A stretch of DNA of 64,000 nucleotides, taken from an uncultured Gammaproteobacteria bacterium (GTDB lineage: Bacteria > Patescibacteriota > Patescibacteriia > Magasanikbacterales > UBA922). This document shows positions 10,109 through 19,080 of this stretch, one piece after another. The stretch lies in the NCBI GenBank assembly GCA_965231005.1, contig OZ246405.1, positions 546,709 to 610,708 on the forward strand. Direction: 5' to 3'. The translations under genes were made by a program, and so were the position numbers. Each line of letters opens with the position of its first letter. Positions within the stretch are counted from its first letter, which is position 1. The notes beneath the pieces are model-generated. The model saw nothing but the letters and a program-made list of their open reading frames with translations. It was not told where the DNA came from and searched no databases.

Positions 10109-10783
10109 ATGTGGTATAAAAAACTCACAACCATTCCGTTTGCAAATATAATACTTGTCTTAGTGTGTTCTTGTGTTGTAAGTTTTATATTTCTTGCATA
10201 CAGAATTTACTACACCGGAGCTTTAATGTATGGGTTTTTAATATGGAATTTATTTCTTGCTGGAATTCCATTCCTCCTTTCTCTTATTATATTTTATTTT
10301 TATCGCAGTCATCCAAAAAAAGTAGGGTTTTTTATCCTTGCATTTTTATGGCTTTTGTTTTTCCCAAACAGTCTTTATATTATTACAGATTTCATTCACC
10401 TGCGTCCTAGAAATGGAGTTCCGTTATGGTTTGATTTAGTTCTTATTCTTTCTTTTGCATGGGATGGACTCTTCCTAGGATTTATATCTTTACAAATCAT
10501 TCATGAAATTATTGCCAAAGCATGGAACAAAGTCGTTGGTTGGGTAACGGCGTTAAGTGTCTTGTTTTTGAGTAGTTTTGGCATATATCTTGGAAGATTT
10601 TTGCGTTGGAATAGCTGGGATGTATTAAGTGATCCCAATGAGTTGTTATATGATATTGTTGACCGGATTGTAAATCCATGGATTCATCCAAGAACTTATG
10701 GAGTTACGATTATGTTGTTTTTGTTTTTTTCAACGAGTTATGTACTGCTTGTTCAATTGGGTAAACAGAAAAATAGATTGTAA
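10109..10783 (+). CDS. Polytopic membrane protein, DUF1361-like
   Basis: A 224-aa ORF. The conserved-looking motif GIYLGRFLRWNSWDV recalls the DUF1361 family signature. It has multiple TM helices. Confidence 0.5.
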   Translation: MWYKKLTTIPFANIILVLVCSCVVSFIFLAYRIYYTGALMYGFLIWNLFLAGIPFLLSLIIFYFYRSHPKKVGFFILAFLWLLFFPNSLYIITDFIHLRPRNGVPLWFDLVLILSFAWDGLFLGFISLQIIHEIIAKAWNKVVGWVTALSVLFLSSFGIYLGRFLRWNSWDVLSDPNELLYDIVDRIVNPWIHPRTYGVTIMLFLFFSTSYVLLVQLGKQKNRL

Positions 10784-10792
10784 TGTGTTTAT

Positions 10793-11377
10793 ATGAAGAA
10801 ATTTTCTAAAAGCATAAAATTCTTAAAAGAAATAAGATGGTGGAAGAAACTGTTGGTTCTCCAAGCTATCATTTTTGTTCCTGTGGTTGGTATTATGTTG
10901 AGTAGAGAAGTTTGTACAAGTGCTTATTCTGAAATTTCTGGAGGCTGTCAAGAATATATTTCTTTGTTGAAAAAAGTACAAGTTAGCTACGAAAATCCTT
11001 ACATTGGTCACACATACCTTTTATTGACACTACTTGGGATTTTGTACATTTTTTTTCGTCTTCCCTATGCATTTGGTAAGTGGACAGAAAAGAAATTTGA
11101 TTCTTGGAATATATACAAAAAAATATTCACAGTAGAATTTTTTCTCTTAGCTTTTCTTTTATTTTTACTTGTTATGCTCTTTACTTTCGTCTATGAAGGC
11201 AGTAGCTGTCTTCTCGATAATTGTAATAATAAGGTTGCGTTGCTCGAGTTAATGTCATTTTGGATACCTGACACTATTGTTGAGACAGTGTCATCTTGGA
11301 TTTTTTGGGCAGTACTGGCAGTCCCTCACGGTGCGGCATTCTTGATTCAAAGAAGTAAAAAATTGTCTAAAAAGTAA
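10793..11377 (+). CDS. Hypothetical membrane protein
   Basis: A 194-aa ORF with 4 predicted hydrophobic helices. It is co-directional and tightly spaced with its neighbours. Confidence 0.45.
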   Translation: MKKFSKSIKFLKEIRWWKKLLVLQAIIFVPVVGIMLSREVCTSAYSEISGGCQEYISLLKKVQVSYENPYIGHTYLLLTLLGILYIFFRLPYAFGKWTEKKFDSWNIYKKIFTVEFFLLAFLLFLLVMLFTFVYEGSSCLLDNCNNKVALLELMSFWIPDTIVETVSSWIFWAVLAVPHGAAFLIQRSKKLSKK

Positions 11378-11394
11378 GGTTTTAATAACATAAT

Positions 11395-14300
11395 ATGAAA
11401 ACCAGCACATACAAAAAATTTCTTGCAAAGATACTGATTGTATCCATGCTTGTATTACAAGCAGTGCCTATGTCTTTTGTGTTTGCTGTAAGTAATACAA
11501 ATATTGAGCCTATTGCATTTGAAGAAAAACCAAAAGTAGAGATTCCTGCAGTTCCAGAAGAGCGAACACAGGTAGACTGGTCTGCAGTTAATTGGAATCA
11601 AGAAATTATTCTTCCACGAGATGAAGATGACTTTTATAACAGGATTGAAGAACTCACAGCACAGGGAAGAGAAGAAGAAATAGAAAGAATGGAACTTAAA
11701 AAGTATAAGATGAGTGACGACACAGTGCTGGACTATTATAATGTTCCGCTGAAAGTGCGAGATATTGTATATGAGTATCGCGAGCGTGTTGGTGCATTGT
11801 CATTTGTAGATCCACTGGAACTAAAAAAATACAACAAACATATTGGATCAATTATTAAAGATCTTGGCTTTGGTCCAGATGAAAGAATAGAAGAATCTTT
11901 GGATGAAACTGAATTTTCAGAGTATGAGATTGTAGAGCCAAACACAACAGGGAAGTACGAACAAATGAGAATAGATACTGTGCCTTTGGACAGTCAAGAA
12001 AAACCAACATTCACTGTAGAAAGTGTTTCGGGTCCTGCAAAGAATAATTTTTCTTTGGAAACAGTAACGTTAGAGGCATTGGCAGAGCGTGCTGCAAAGG
12101 AATTCAACGCAGTAGAGCCACAACGAAAAGAAATCAACGATGAAGGAAGTGACAACGATTCAGGAATACAGCCACTTCGAAAAGAAGTAATGAATATATT
12201 TCAGCGTATTAAACATGCACTTTTTGGTGTGGAAACTGCACATGCAGAACCAACAACACCGTTTATAAAATACTACGACGGTATAGAAGACTATCCTGTG
12301 GATTTTGGATTTTACTATCTTTCCAACGTGCAAAACCAAGACGGTAGTTTTGGCAGATTTAACAAGTACGAAATAACAGGAGCAATTGCACTCACTGCAT
12401 CATCTGCTGGCATGACCGATAACACTCAGTTTATCTCTGCAGTAAATTATTTAAAAAATACAACGCCAGTAAACAATAAAGAAAAGGCAATTAAGGCTCG
12501 GCTTATGGTTGGGCTTAAACAACCATACAAGCCACTGCTTGACGACGTCTTAAAAAGTCAAAACGAAGACGGTGGGTTTGGTATTGATCCTGGATACAGA
12601 AGTGACGTAGACACAACACTAGAAATGATTGCAGCGCTATATGCTGGAAATTATTCAATTGAAGATGGATTTCCAAAAGCAATTGCATTTGTAATGAACA
12701 ATGTAAAGGCAGACGGCACCATGCGCTACACAGTAGACGGTGCACCAAGTTTTTATCTTATGAACAAAACTGCACAGACATTGTATCCATTTAAGCACTT
12801 GTTTGTTGGAAGTAAAGGTGGTCCAAAAGTAAAAGTTCAGACAAAGACAGATCCAATTCTTGCATACTTGAATTCTGCGGTAGACAGTGAAGGAAATCTT
12901 ACTGGCTCAGATGATGTCATAGACATGGCAATGACTGCACGAACATTCTTGCTTTACCAAAAACATGCTGCAAAGCGTGATGCCTTGCGTAAGCAAGTGG
13001 TACGCAGACAGTATGCAAATGGAAGTTTTGGATCATCCTTATATGCAACATTTGAATCTATTCGCGCCCTTGAGCAGCCAGATCTTGTTCTTACTGCGCT
13101 TTCTCACACTGGCTCGCTCATAAATAAAGAAACAGCTACACTAAAATTAAGTATAAAGAACCGAGGTCAGCGTGCAATTACAAATGCAAAAATTTATACA
13201 TTTATTGACAATGTAAATGTTAATCATGTTTTAGATTTAGCTGCAAACAAAGTAGTTATTAAGCCTCAAAAAACAGTAACTCTTATTATTCCAATCACAA
13301 ATACAGTTGGGTTTATAGGAAACACAGATATCAAATTTTACGTCGAAGGAATAGACGAAGCACGATATGACAATAACTGGATAGAAAAGGATTTTGTCTT
13401 TACACCTGCAAAAGATGGAAAAGCTGCCATGCCCCTGTATTATGTTGCACATCCATACACATACAAAGACAATAGTGGAACATACAGGGCTGGACTTGCA
13501 GTTCTTCATAAACACAAAGATGATCCAAACCGAAATAATTATATTATGCGGTGGAGAAAGAAAGGTACGACCAAGTGGTTGGGCACTGGCCCATCCAAGA
13601 CGTCTGGTGGTGGTGCTCTATTTAAGATGAATCTTACCCCAGGAGAGGTATACGAGGTAACTGCAGGTGTTGTACATAAAAAAGATTTCTCTGCGACATA
13701 TTACACTGATCTCACAACAGTAGTTGCTACAAACGACAACAAAAAGTATGTTGGTGGTCTTGAAGGTGTTATTACTGTTCACAATAAACCAACCGAAGGA
13801 CTGGATGCATCAGGATACTCTTTTATCAGTGGAGGAAAAATGACAAGTGACAGAGACGGAAAAATTACGCATTCACGAGTTGGTAACGGTTCAAATATAG
13901 TGCGGGTACAGACAGAACAATACGATCCAATTTGGACACGCTTTATTGCACAACCAGGCAAAACAACAAAGAATGTCCGTGTATTTACAAAACTAAAAAA
14001 AGATACACAAAAACCTATCATTAAAGTATTTGAAATTCGAAACATGGGCAAACTTGGAGTCATAAATCAAAGAGAGGCAAATGTTTTTGTAGAAGGAGAA
14101 GACAATGTTGCGCTCAAAGAAGCAGAGTTTTATTACTGGAGTCCAAAAACAAAGGTCTGGAGTTTTCTTGGGAAAACAGCAATGGATAGCAATGGCATAC
14201 AGGCATCATTGAAGTGGTTTGTTCCTAAAGATGTTGTTGGTGAGGGGCATAAAGTAAAGGCTGTACTTATTGACTATCAAGGAAACAGATCAGATGCAAA

Positions 14301-17300
14301 AGAATTTGCATTTAAAGCTACAGACGGGACACTCCCAACAGGGACAGTAACTGTGCAGAATTTAAAAAATAATACATGGAGTATTGGAGACACGAAAAAA
14401 ATTACATGGAACATTGTTTCTCCAAACAAGCTTTTATCATTAAATGTGCGACTGTATTACGGAGACAATGGAATGAGAGTTATTAAGAGTAACTACAACG
14501 TGAACAACACGTCTGTTGACTACTTCATGCCAATTTCTTCGTCCTATGTTGGAGACAAGACATACATTCAACTGCAAGTATGTGATGTAAATTATAACTG
14601 TGCAGATATAAACTCTCCAATATTCAAAGTAGACGATAATACAGCTCCACCACTACCGCCATGGCAAAAACCAAAAGTATTTGAAGGTATTATTAGCAAG
14701 TACGGACAAGACCGTATTCTTGAACAGGTATTCCATAATCCAGATGGGTCGATTGAAATTATCTACAGAGAATTTATAGGTCAGTACCACGATTCAAAAG
14801 GACAGAATAGAAAAATTACATACAGAAAATATGCAAACGGTAGTTGGCAGACTCCTATCGTGTTAGCTGACTACTGGTACAAACAAGGAACGACTGCAAA
14901 AGTCCAGTATAGAAAATTTGACGTTGTTCGTGACAACAAGGGAGAAATTCACATGGTGTATGAACGTGTTGTAGGTGAATGGCCAACTTCGTCCGATGCC
15001 ACAGAGGTGTACTACATTCATATGGCAAAAGGGAAGAAAGTTGTTGAAAGGAATATTTCCAATAGTTCTATTGGATCAGGATCACCAGAGGTTGTCGTTT
15101 CAAGTACTGGTGTTGTATCTATTATTTGGAGAGAGGGGTATAGTGCTGCGAAAAAGGGTGGAAAAACACTCCTTTGGACAGTACAAGGAGATGGTGCAAA
15201 CTCATGGTCCAGCAGAAAAGCACTTACAGATGACATAACACCATTTGCATCCATAACACTTAACGGATCTGATCCTACGGTTATATACAAATCCAAAGAC
15301 CAATTTTTCATCCGAGAGAAAAAAGGAAGTTCTTGGAAAGCTGCTGTCCCAATTCACAATCCGTACATTGCAAAGAAAACACTCGATGCATTTGCAGAAG
15401 ACAAGGCCAAATTTGATAAGATTGTAAAACAAGATCCAAATGACGCCACACAGTATACATGGTTGCCGTCTATCAAAACATTGGATCAACTGACAAAAGT
15501 ACTTACAGACAATAACTTTACAAAAAAGAATCAAATTATTGATGCATGGAAAAAACAAGATTTCTCCAGCGGTATTTGGGGAGTAAAGTTGTTTGCGCAG
15601 GGAAATGGTTTGTATGATGCTATTTATCGTTTCCACAGCCCAGAGTCAAATTATAGGTATGACATACGTACGCTTCGAACAAAAGTAGACTCTAATTCTG
15701 GAACACATGACTTTAAGTATTATGAAAAAATTGTAGAGCGAGAAGGTAAAGATGATGTACGCAGCTTTGTTGCACTGCAGCGACCAAATGGCTCATACAA
15801 CATCTTTTATGTAAAGACAGAATATCAACCAAATGGTTCACAATTTAGACGTGCTCGTCATTTTGTATTAGACGGAAAGAATCCATATTTTGACAAACGC
15901 ACGTCAGCGATTCCAATGACCGTGACCGAACAGATACTAGCCGGAGTCCAACAAGGGGACAAGCTAATGATATTCTTTAGTGGATATATTTCTGGAGAAA
16001 AAACTGCAATATACAACACTGCAGACTACACAACGTTGATTGATTACAGAATTGATCCTATCTCTCCAAAAGATAAACAAACAAATGTAAATTCAGGTGG
16101 AACGTTTGAATGGAAGACAACAGGTGGAAGCATTGATACATATGATGTATTGTTGGGAACAAATAGAAGTGCATTGCAAAAGATAAAAACAGGATTGCAA
16201 ACTACAAAGCATGCAATGCCAACACTACAATCAAATACAACATATTATTGGCAAGTTGTTGGGCATAAAGGAAACAATCGAATTGATAGTTCTGTTTGGT
16301 CATTTGTAACTGGCAATCTTGCAACACCAGTTATGACAATTGAAGATGCAGGAAAGGCAATCCAAAGTGGTGCAACACATACCTTTGCTAAGCAATTGAT
16401 TAAAACGAAAAAGTCAGCAACAATGACCATTAAAAATGCTGGTGCAGGAAATCTTGTGCTGTCTGGAAATCCATTGGTAAGTATTGTTGGTAATGATGCA
16501 AAAGAGTTTGCAATAACAAAACAACCAGGTTCTTCTGTTGCAGCAAATGGTTCAACAAGTTTTGATGTTGCATTTGAGCCAACAACGCCTGGACAAAAAG
16601 TTGCACAACTAAAGATTACACATAACGATAAAAAAGTAACAAATCCATTTGTCATTAACTTGAAAGGAGAAGCAGTACCGTTCTTTGTAACACTTTCAGC
16701 AGATAAGAAGAGTGGAAAGAACCCTCTTGGTGTTGACTTTACTGGTTCTGTTTCTGGTGGAAGCATTCTTGCGCCGGTTGCAATTGATTTTTCAAAACAA
16801 ACTATTAAGTCATCTGGTGGAAGTGCAGATGCAACAGGCAAGATTACAATAAAGAATAATGGAAATGAAATTGATTTGACTGGAAGTACAAGTAAATTTA
16901 TTTCAATTCCATATAATGTGACAAAGAACACAATGCTTGAACTAGAATTTAAGTCTGCAAAAGTTAATAATAATCATGGAATTGGAGTCAAAACAAAACA
17001 GGGGACAGTATATTTCCAATTTGCTGGTTCTGATGTTGGAGAATCAAGTGACTTAAATTATTACGACTATGCAGGAAATGATTGGCAAACATATAAGATT
17101 CAGCTTGGTCAGTTTGTAACTGGTAGTACAGAAAAACTTACATTTGTAAGTGGAGCACTTAGTTCAAACAGTGCATTCAAAAATGTAAAAATATATGAAT
17201 CAAATGCACCAGCATATGTGTATAGCTGGGATTTTAATAATGATGGAAAAGCCGATGTTGTTGGAAAGGATCAGCAAAAACCATACCATACCTTTACTAA

Positions 17301-17385
17301 AGCTGGCACACATAAGGTTGTACTTAGTGTAAGTGATGGAACCTATGTTGTGAAAGAAGAGATTGAGATTGTTGTTTCGGGATAA
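11395..17385 (+). CDS. Giant secreted multidomain surface protein (1996 aa) with prenyltransferase/terpenoid-cyclase-like repeats and a C-terminal ASH-like + PKD module
   Basis: The leader is MKTSTYKKFLAKILIVSMLVLQAVPMSFVFA. Repeated D/NG(S/G)FG motifs (NVQNQDGSFG, SQNEDGGFGIDPGYRSDVDTTLEMIAALYAG, QYANGSFGSS) are typical of alpha/alpha-toroid repeats. The C-terminus contains TMTIKNAGAGNLVLSGNPLVSIVG...FDVAFEPTTPGQKVAQLKITHND (ASH/choice-of-anchor-like) and the PKD-like PAYVYSWDFNNDGKADVVGKDQ...GTHKVVLSVSDG. Confidence 0.75.
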   Translation: MKTSTYKKFLAKILIVSMLVLQAVPMSFVFAVSNTNIEPIAFEEKPKVEIPAVPEERTQVDWSAVNWNQEIILPRDEDDFYNRIEELTAQGREEEIERMELKKYKMSDDTVLDYYNVPLKVRDIVYEYRERVGALSFVDPLELKKYNKHIGSIIKDLGFGPDERIEESLDETEFSEYEIVEPNTTGKYEQMRIDTVPLDSQEKPTFTVESVSGPAKNNFSLETVTLEALAERAAKEFNAVEPQRKEINDEGSDNDSGIQPLRKEVMNIFQRIKHALFGVETAHAEPTTPFIKYYDGIEDYPVDFGFYYLSNVQNQDGSFGRFNKYEITGAIALTASSAGMTDNTQFISAVNYLKNTTPVNNKEKAIKARLMVGLKQPYKPLLDDVLKSQNEDGGFGIDPGYRSDVDTTLEMIAALYAGNYSIEDGFPKAIAFVMNNVKADGTMRYTVDGAPSFYLMNKTAQTLYPFKHLFVGSKGGPKVKVQTKTDPILAYLNSAVDSEGNLTGSDDVIDMAMTARTFLLYQKHAAKRDALRKQVVRRQYANGSFGSSLYATFESIRALEQPDLVLTALSHTGSLINKETATLKLSIKNRGQRAITNAKIYTFIDNVNVNHVLDLAANKVVIKPQKTVTLIIPITNTVGFIGNTDIKFYVEGIDEARYDNNWIEKDFVFTPAKDGKAAMPLYYVAHPYTYKDNSGTYRAGLAVLHKHKDDPNRNNYIMRWRKKGTTKWLGTGPSKTSGGGALFKMNLTPGEVYEVTAGVVHKKDFSATYYTDLTTVVATNDNKKYVGGLEGVITVHNKPTEGLDASGYSFISGGKMTSDRDGKITHSRVGNGSNIVRVQTEQYDPIWTRFIAQPGKTTKNVRVFTKLKKDTQKPIIKVFEIRNMGKLGVINQREANVFVEGEDNVALKEAEFYYWSPKTKVWSFLGKTAMDSNGIQASLKWFVPKDVVGEGHKVKAVLIDYQGNRSDAKEFAFKATDGTLPTGTVTVQNLKNNTWSIGDTKKITWNIVSPNKLLSLNVRLYYGDNGMRVIKSNYNVNNTSVDYFMPISSSYVGDKTYIQLQVCDVNYNCADINSPIFKVDDNTAPPLPPWQKPKVFEGIISKYGQDRILEQVFHNPDGSIEIIYREFIGQYHDSKGQNRKITYRKYANGSWQTPIVLADYWYKQGTTAKVQYRKFDVVRDNKGEIHMVYERVVGEWPTSSDATEVYYIHMAKGKKVVERNISNSSIGSGSPEVVVSSTGVVSIIWREGYSAAKKGGKTLLWTVQGDGANSWSSRKALTDDITPFASITLNGSDPTVIYKSKDQFFIREKKGSSWKAAVPIHNPYIAKKTLDAFAEDKAKFDKIVKQDPNDATQYTWLPSIKTLDQLTKVLTDNNFTKKNQIIDAWKKQDFSSGIWGVKLFAQGNGLYDAIYRFHSPESNYRYDIRTLRTKVDSNSGTHDFKYYEKIVEREGKDDVRSFVALQRPNGSYNIFYVKTEYQPNGSQFRRARHFVLDGKNPYFDKRTSAIPMTVTEQILAGVQQGDKLMIFFSGYISGEKTAIYNTADYTTLIDYRIDPISPKDKQTNVNSGGTFEWKTTGGSIDTYDVLLGTNRSALQKIKTGLQTTKHAMPTLQSNTTYYWQVVGHKGNNRIDSSVWSFVTGNLATPVMTIEDAGKAIQSGATHTFAKQLIKTKKSATMTIKNAGAGNLVLSGNPLVSIVGNDAKEFAITKQPGSSVAANGSTSFDVAFEPTTPGQKVAQLKITHNDKKVTNPFVINLKGEAVPFFVTLSADKKSGKNPLGVDFTGSVSGGSILAPVAIDFSKQTIKSSGGSADATGKITIKNNGNEIDLTGSTSKFISIPYNVTKNTMLELEFKSAKVNNNHGIGVKTKQGTVYFQFAGSDVGESSDLNYYDYAGNDWQTYKIQLGQFVTGSTEKLTFVSGALSSNSAFKNVKIYESNAPAYVYSWDFNNDGKADVVGKDQQKPYHTFTKAGTHKVVLSVSDGTYVVKEEIEIVVSG

Positions 17386-17502
17386 AAAAGAAATAACGAA
17401 ATAGTGAAATAAAGAAACAAGGGGCTTTGGACAAATGCCCCAAATTACTAAACATATGGACTTTTTAGTTTATCCCCTTATTTCCTAATTTCTTTATTCT
17501 TA

Positions 17503-17526
17503 GTTGAGCCCTTAGGGCTTTTTTTA
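17503..17526 (+). terminator. Putative intrinsic terminator after the 1996-aa gene
   Basis: The hairpin gagccc tta gggct is followed by tttttt. A second hairpin, ggggctttggacaaatgcccc, lies at 17421..17441. Confidence 0.4.
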
Positions 17527-17594
17527 ATTTAGCTTTATTTTTATTCTATATTGCCTGTGTTAGGTTCTCTTGGCGGGTACATCTACCATGGGAG

Positions 17595-17945
17595 GTGGAC
17601 ATGGTGTTTAGTGGCAATAATCAAAAGCCCAAGATTGGCATGCAGGTAGAAAAAGGGGAAGAAGGAAGAACAAGACTGTCAGACCGGATTGCAGTGATTG
17701 CAAAACACTGTGAGAAGTTCAAGATTGGTCTTTCTGCAATACCAATCCAAGATGCCCAGCAATACGCAGATACATACACGAACATGGTCATTATGTTCAA
17801 GACAGGATCTCTCGAAGAAGCCCAAGAGATGATTGGAACCGTCATCGGTCGGTTCGTCGAGGATTCCAAGAACGATAACCTTCTCGGTGAGAGAATCGAT
17901 CAATCCGAGAAACCACCTTATTACATTTACGTCGTTTTCAGTTAG
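17595..17945 (+). CDS. Small GC-rich paralog 1 (116 aa) of a GIY-YIG-clan (T5orf172-like) family
   Basis: RBS gggaggtgg. An alternative start is the ATG at 17601. It contains KFKIGLS...P....Y...Y.NMVIMFKT...E..I......KNDN...PPYYIYVV, which aligns with the two downstream paralogs. Confidence 0.6.
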   Translation: MDMVFSGNNQKPKIGMQVEKGEEGRTRLSDRIAVIAKHCEKFKIGLSAIPIQDAQQYADTYTNMVIMFKTGSLEEAQEMIGTVIGRFVEDSKNDNLLGERIDQSEKPPYYIYVVFS

Positions 17946-17969
17946 CACCCACAACGTCCTGGAGGGGAC

Positions 17970-18311
17970 ATGACAACACAAGAGAAGAAGATTGAGATAG
18001 ACCGACAAGAAGAAAAAGGCGAGCACGCTGAAGGGGAGTTGGTCGAACGCATCGGCCTTTTGGCGCTATTTTCCATACGATTCAAGATCGGCATCACCAA
18101 CGATCCAGACGAGCGTTCCAAGGCCTACAAAGACGATTACGATCGCATGGTCGTGCTCTTCCAAACAGACGATCTCGACAAGATTCGTCAGGTCGAGGAT
18201 GACATGATCGAGAAGTTCAAGGCAGAGAGCAAAAACCGAAACCAAATCGCTGGTGGTGGCGGAGACGCTGGTGATCCACCGTACTATCTGTACGTGGTCC
18301 AAAAGTTCTAG
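17970..18311 (+). CDS. Small GC-rich paralog 2 (113 aa), GIY-YIG-clan/T5orf172-like
   Basis: RBS ggagggg, 6 nt upstream. Contains RFKIGITNDPDERSKAY, RMVVLFQT, KNRN, GGGGDAGDPPYYLYVV. Confidence 0.65.
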   Translation: MTTQEKKIEIDRQEEKGEHAEGELVERIGLLALFSIRFKIGITNDPDERSKAYKDDYDRMVVLFQTDDLDKIRQVEDDMIEKFKAESKNRNQIAGGGGDAGDPPYYLYVVQKF

Positions 18312-18445
18312 TCGTGTAGGGCATTCTGCAAGGAGAAGAGGGCACAGCAGGCACTTGTCTGGTGTTGCCCTTTTTATTTTTTCTCTATTACTGATTTGCT
18401 ACCCTTTCCATTACAACCAAAACGCCTACAACCCAGGAGGGAATC

Positions 18446-18799
18446 ATGGCAAAGAAGGGGAAGCTCGTCATCAAGACGTTCACGATCGACATGGACGAGA
18501 GAACAGGCAAGGCAGGAAGGGAATCACTTCCTGTTCGAATTTCAGCGCTTGCAGGATATGCAAAGCGTTTCAAGATCGGGATTACCAATGATCCAGAGGG
18601 TCGTGCAAGTGAATACACCAGAAAGTACTCTCGCATGGTCGTCCTGTTCAAGACCAGCAGTCTTACGCGCATTCGCAACGTTGAGCGGCAGATGGTCGAT
18701 CGCTACATCGATCATCCCAAGAACGACAACAAGGTCGGTGGTGGCGGTGGTGACTACGGTGACTCGCCATACTTCTTGTACGTCGTTCTGAAGTACTAG
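18446..18799 (+). CDS. Small GC-rich paralog 3 (117 aa), GIY-YIG-clan/T5orf172-like
   Basis: RBS caggaggg. Contains RFKIGITNDPEGRASEY, RMVVLFKT, KNDN, GGGGGDYGDSPYFLYVV. A terminator-like T-run follows the gene. Confidence 0.65.
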   Translation: MAKKGKLVIKTFTIDMDERTGKAGRESLPVRISALAGYAKRFKIGITNDPEGRASEYTRKYSRMVVLFKTSSLTRIRNVERQMVDRYIDHPKNDNKVGGGGGDYGDSPYFLYVVLKY

Positions 18800-18870
18800 A
18801 AGTGTACGTCCTTACGGTCATAAGGAGAAGAGTCTCCGAGCGGTTCATTTCGCTTGGGGATTTTTTCTTT

Positions 18871-18903
18871 TTGACATTGACATATTTTCATTTTTGATAT
18901 AAA
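18871..18903 (+). promoter_or_regulatory. Candidate sigma70-like promoter upstream of the RHS gene
   Basis: Tandem ttgacattgaca with tataaa 15-21 nt downstream, in an AT-rich leader about 180 nt before the start at 19081. Confidence 0.3.
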
Positions 18904-19080
18904 GTACTTGTAATAAGGACATGTCTTAAGATGTTATTTTATGAAATACGCATATAGACAATTTTTGCCGATTCCGACTATTACAACAAATTTTTATCTT
19001 TTCTTGATGCGTTCAAGTATATAATCCCCGTAAGTAGGGGATTTTGTGTTTAAATATTCCATTATCATCAAAATATTTAT

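Noticed and set aside
16245-16931. A 228-aa minus-strand ORF inside the 1996-aa gene, and a similar 220-aa minus-strand ORF at 30601..31263 inside the 709-aa gene
   Set aside because: Both lie antisense to the homologous C-terminal modules of the two plus-strand proteins. Their resemblance to each other mirrors the sense-strand homology. They lack RBS and start context and are low-complexity or hydrophobic translations.
18253-18791. Overlapping ORFs of 112, 131 and 96 aa (both strands) across paralog 3 of the small GC-rich family
   Set aside because: High G+C reduces stop-codon frequency, so alternative frames stay open. Only the 18446..18799 frame has a GGAGG RBS and is conserved with the two upstream paralogs.
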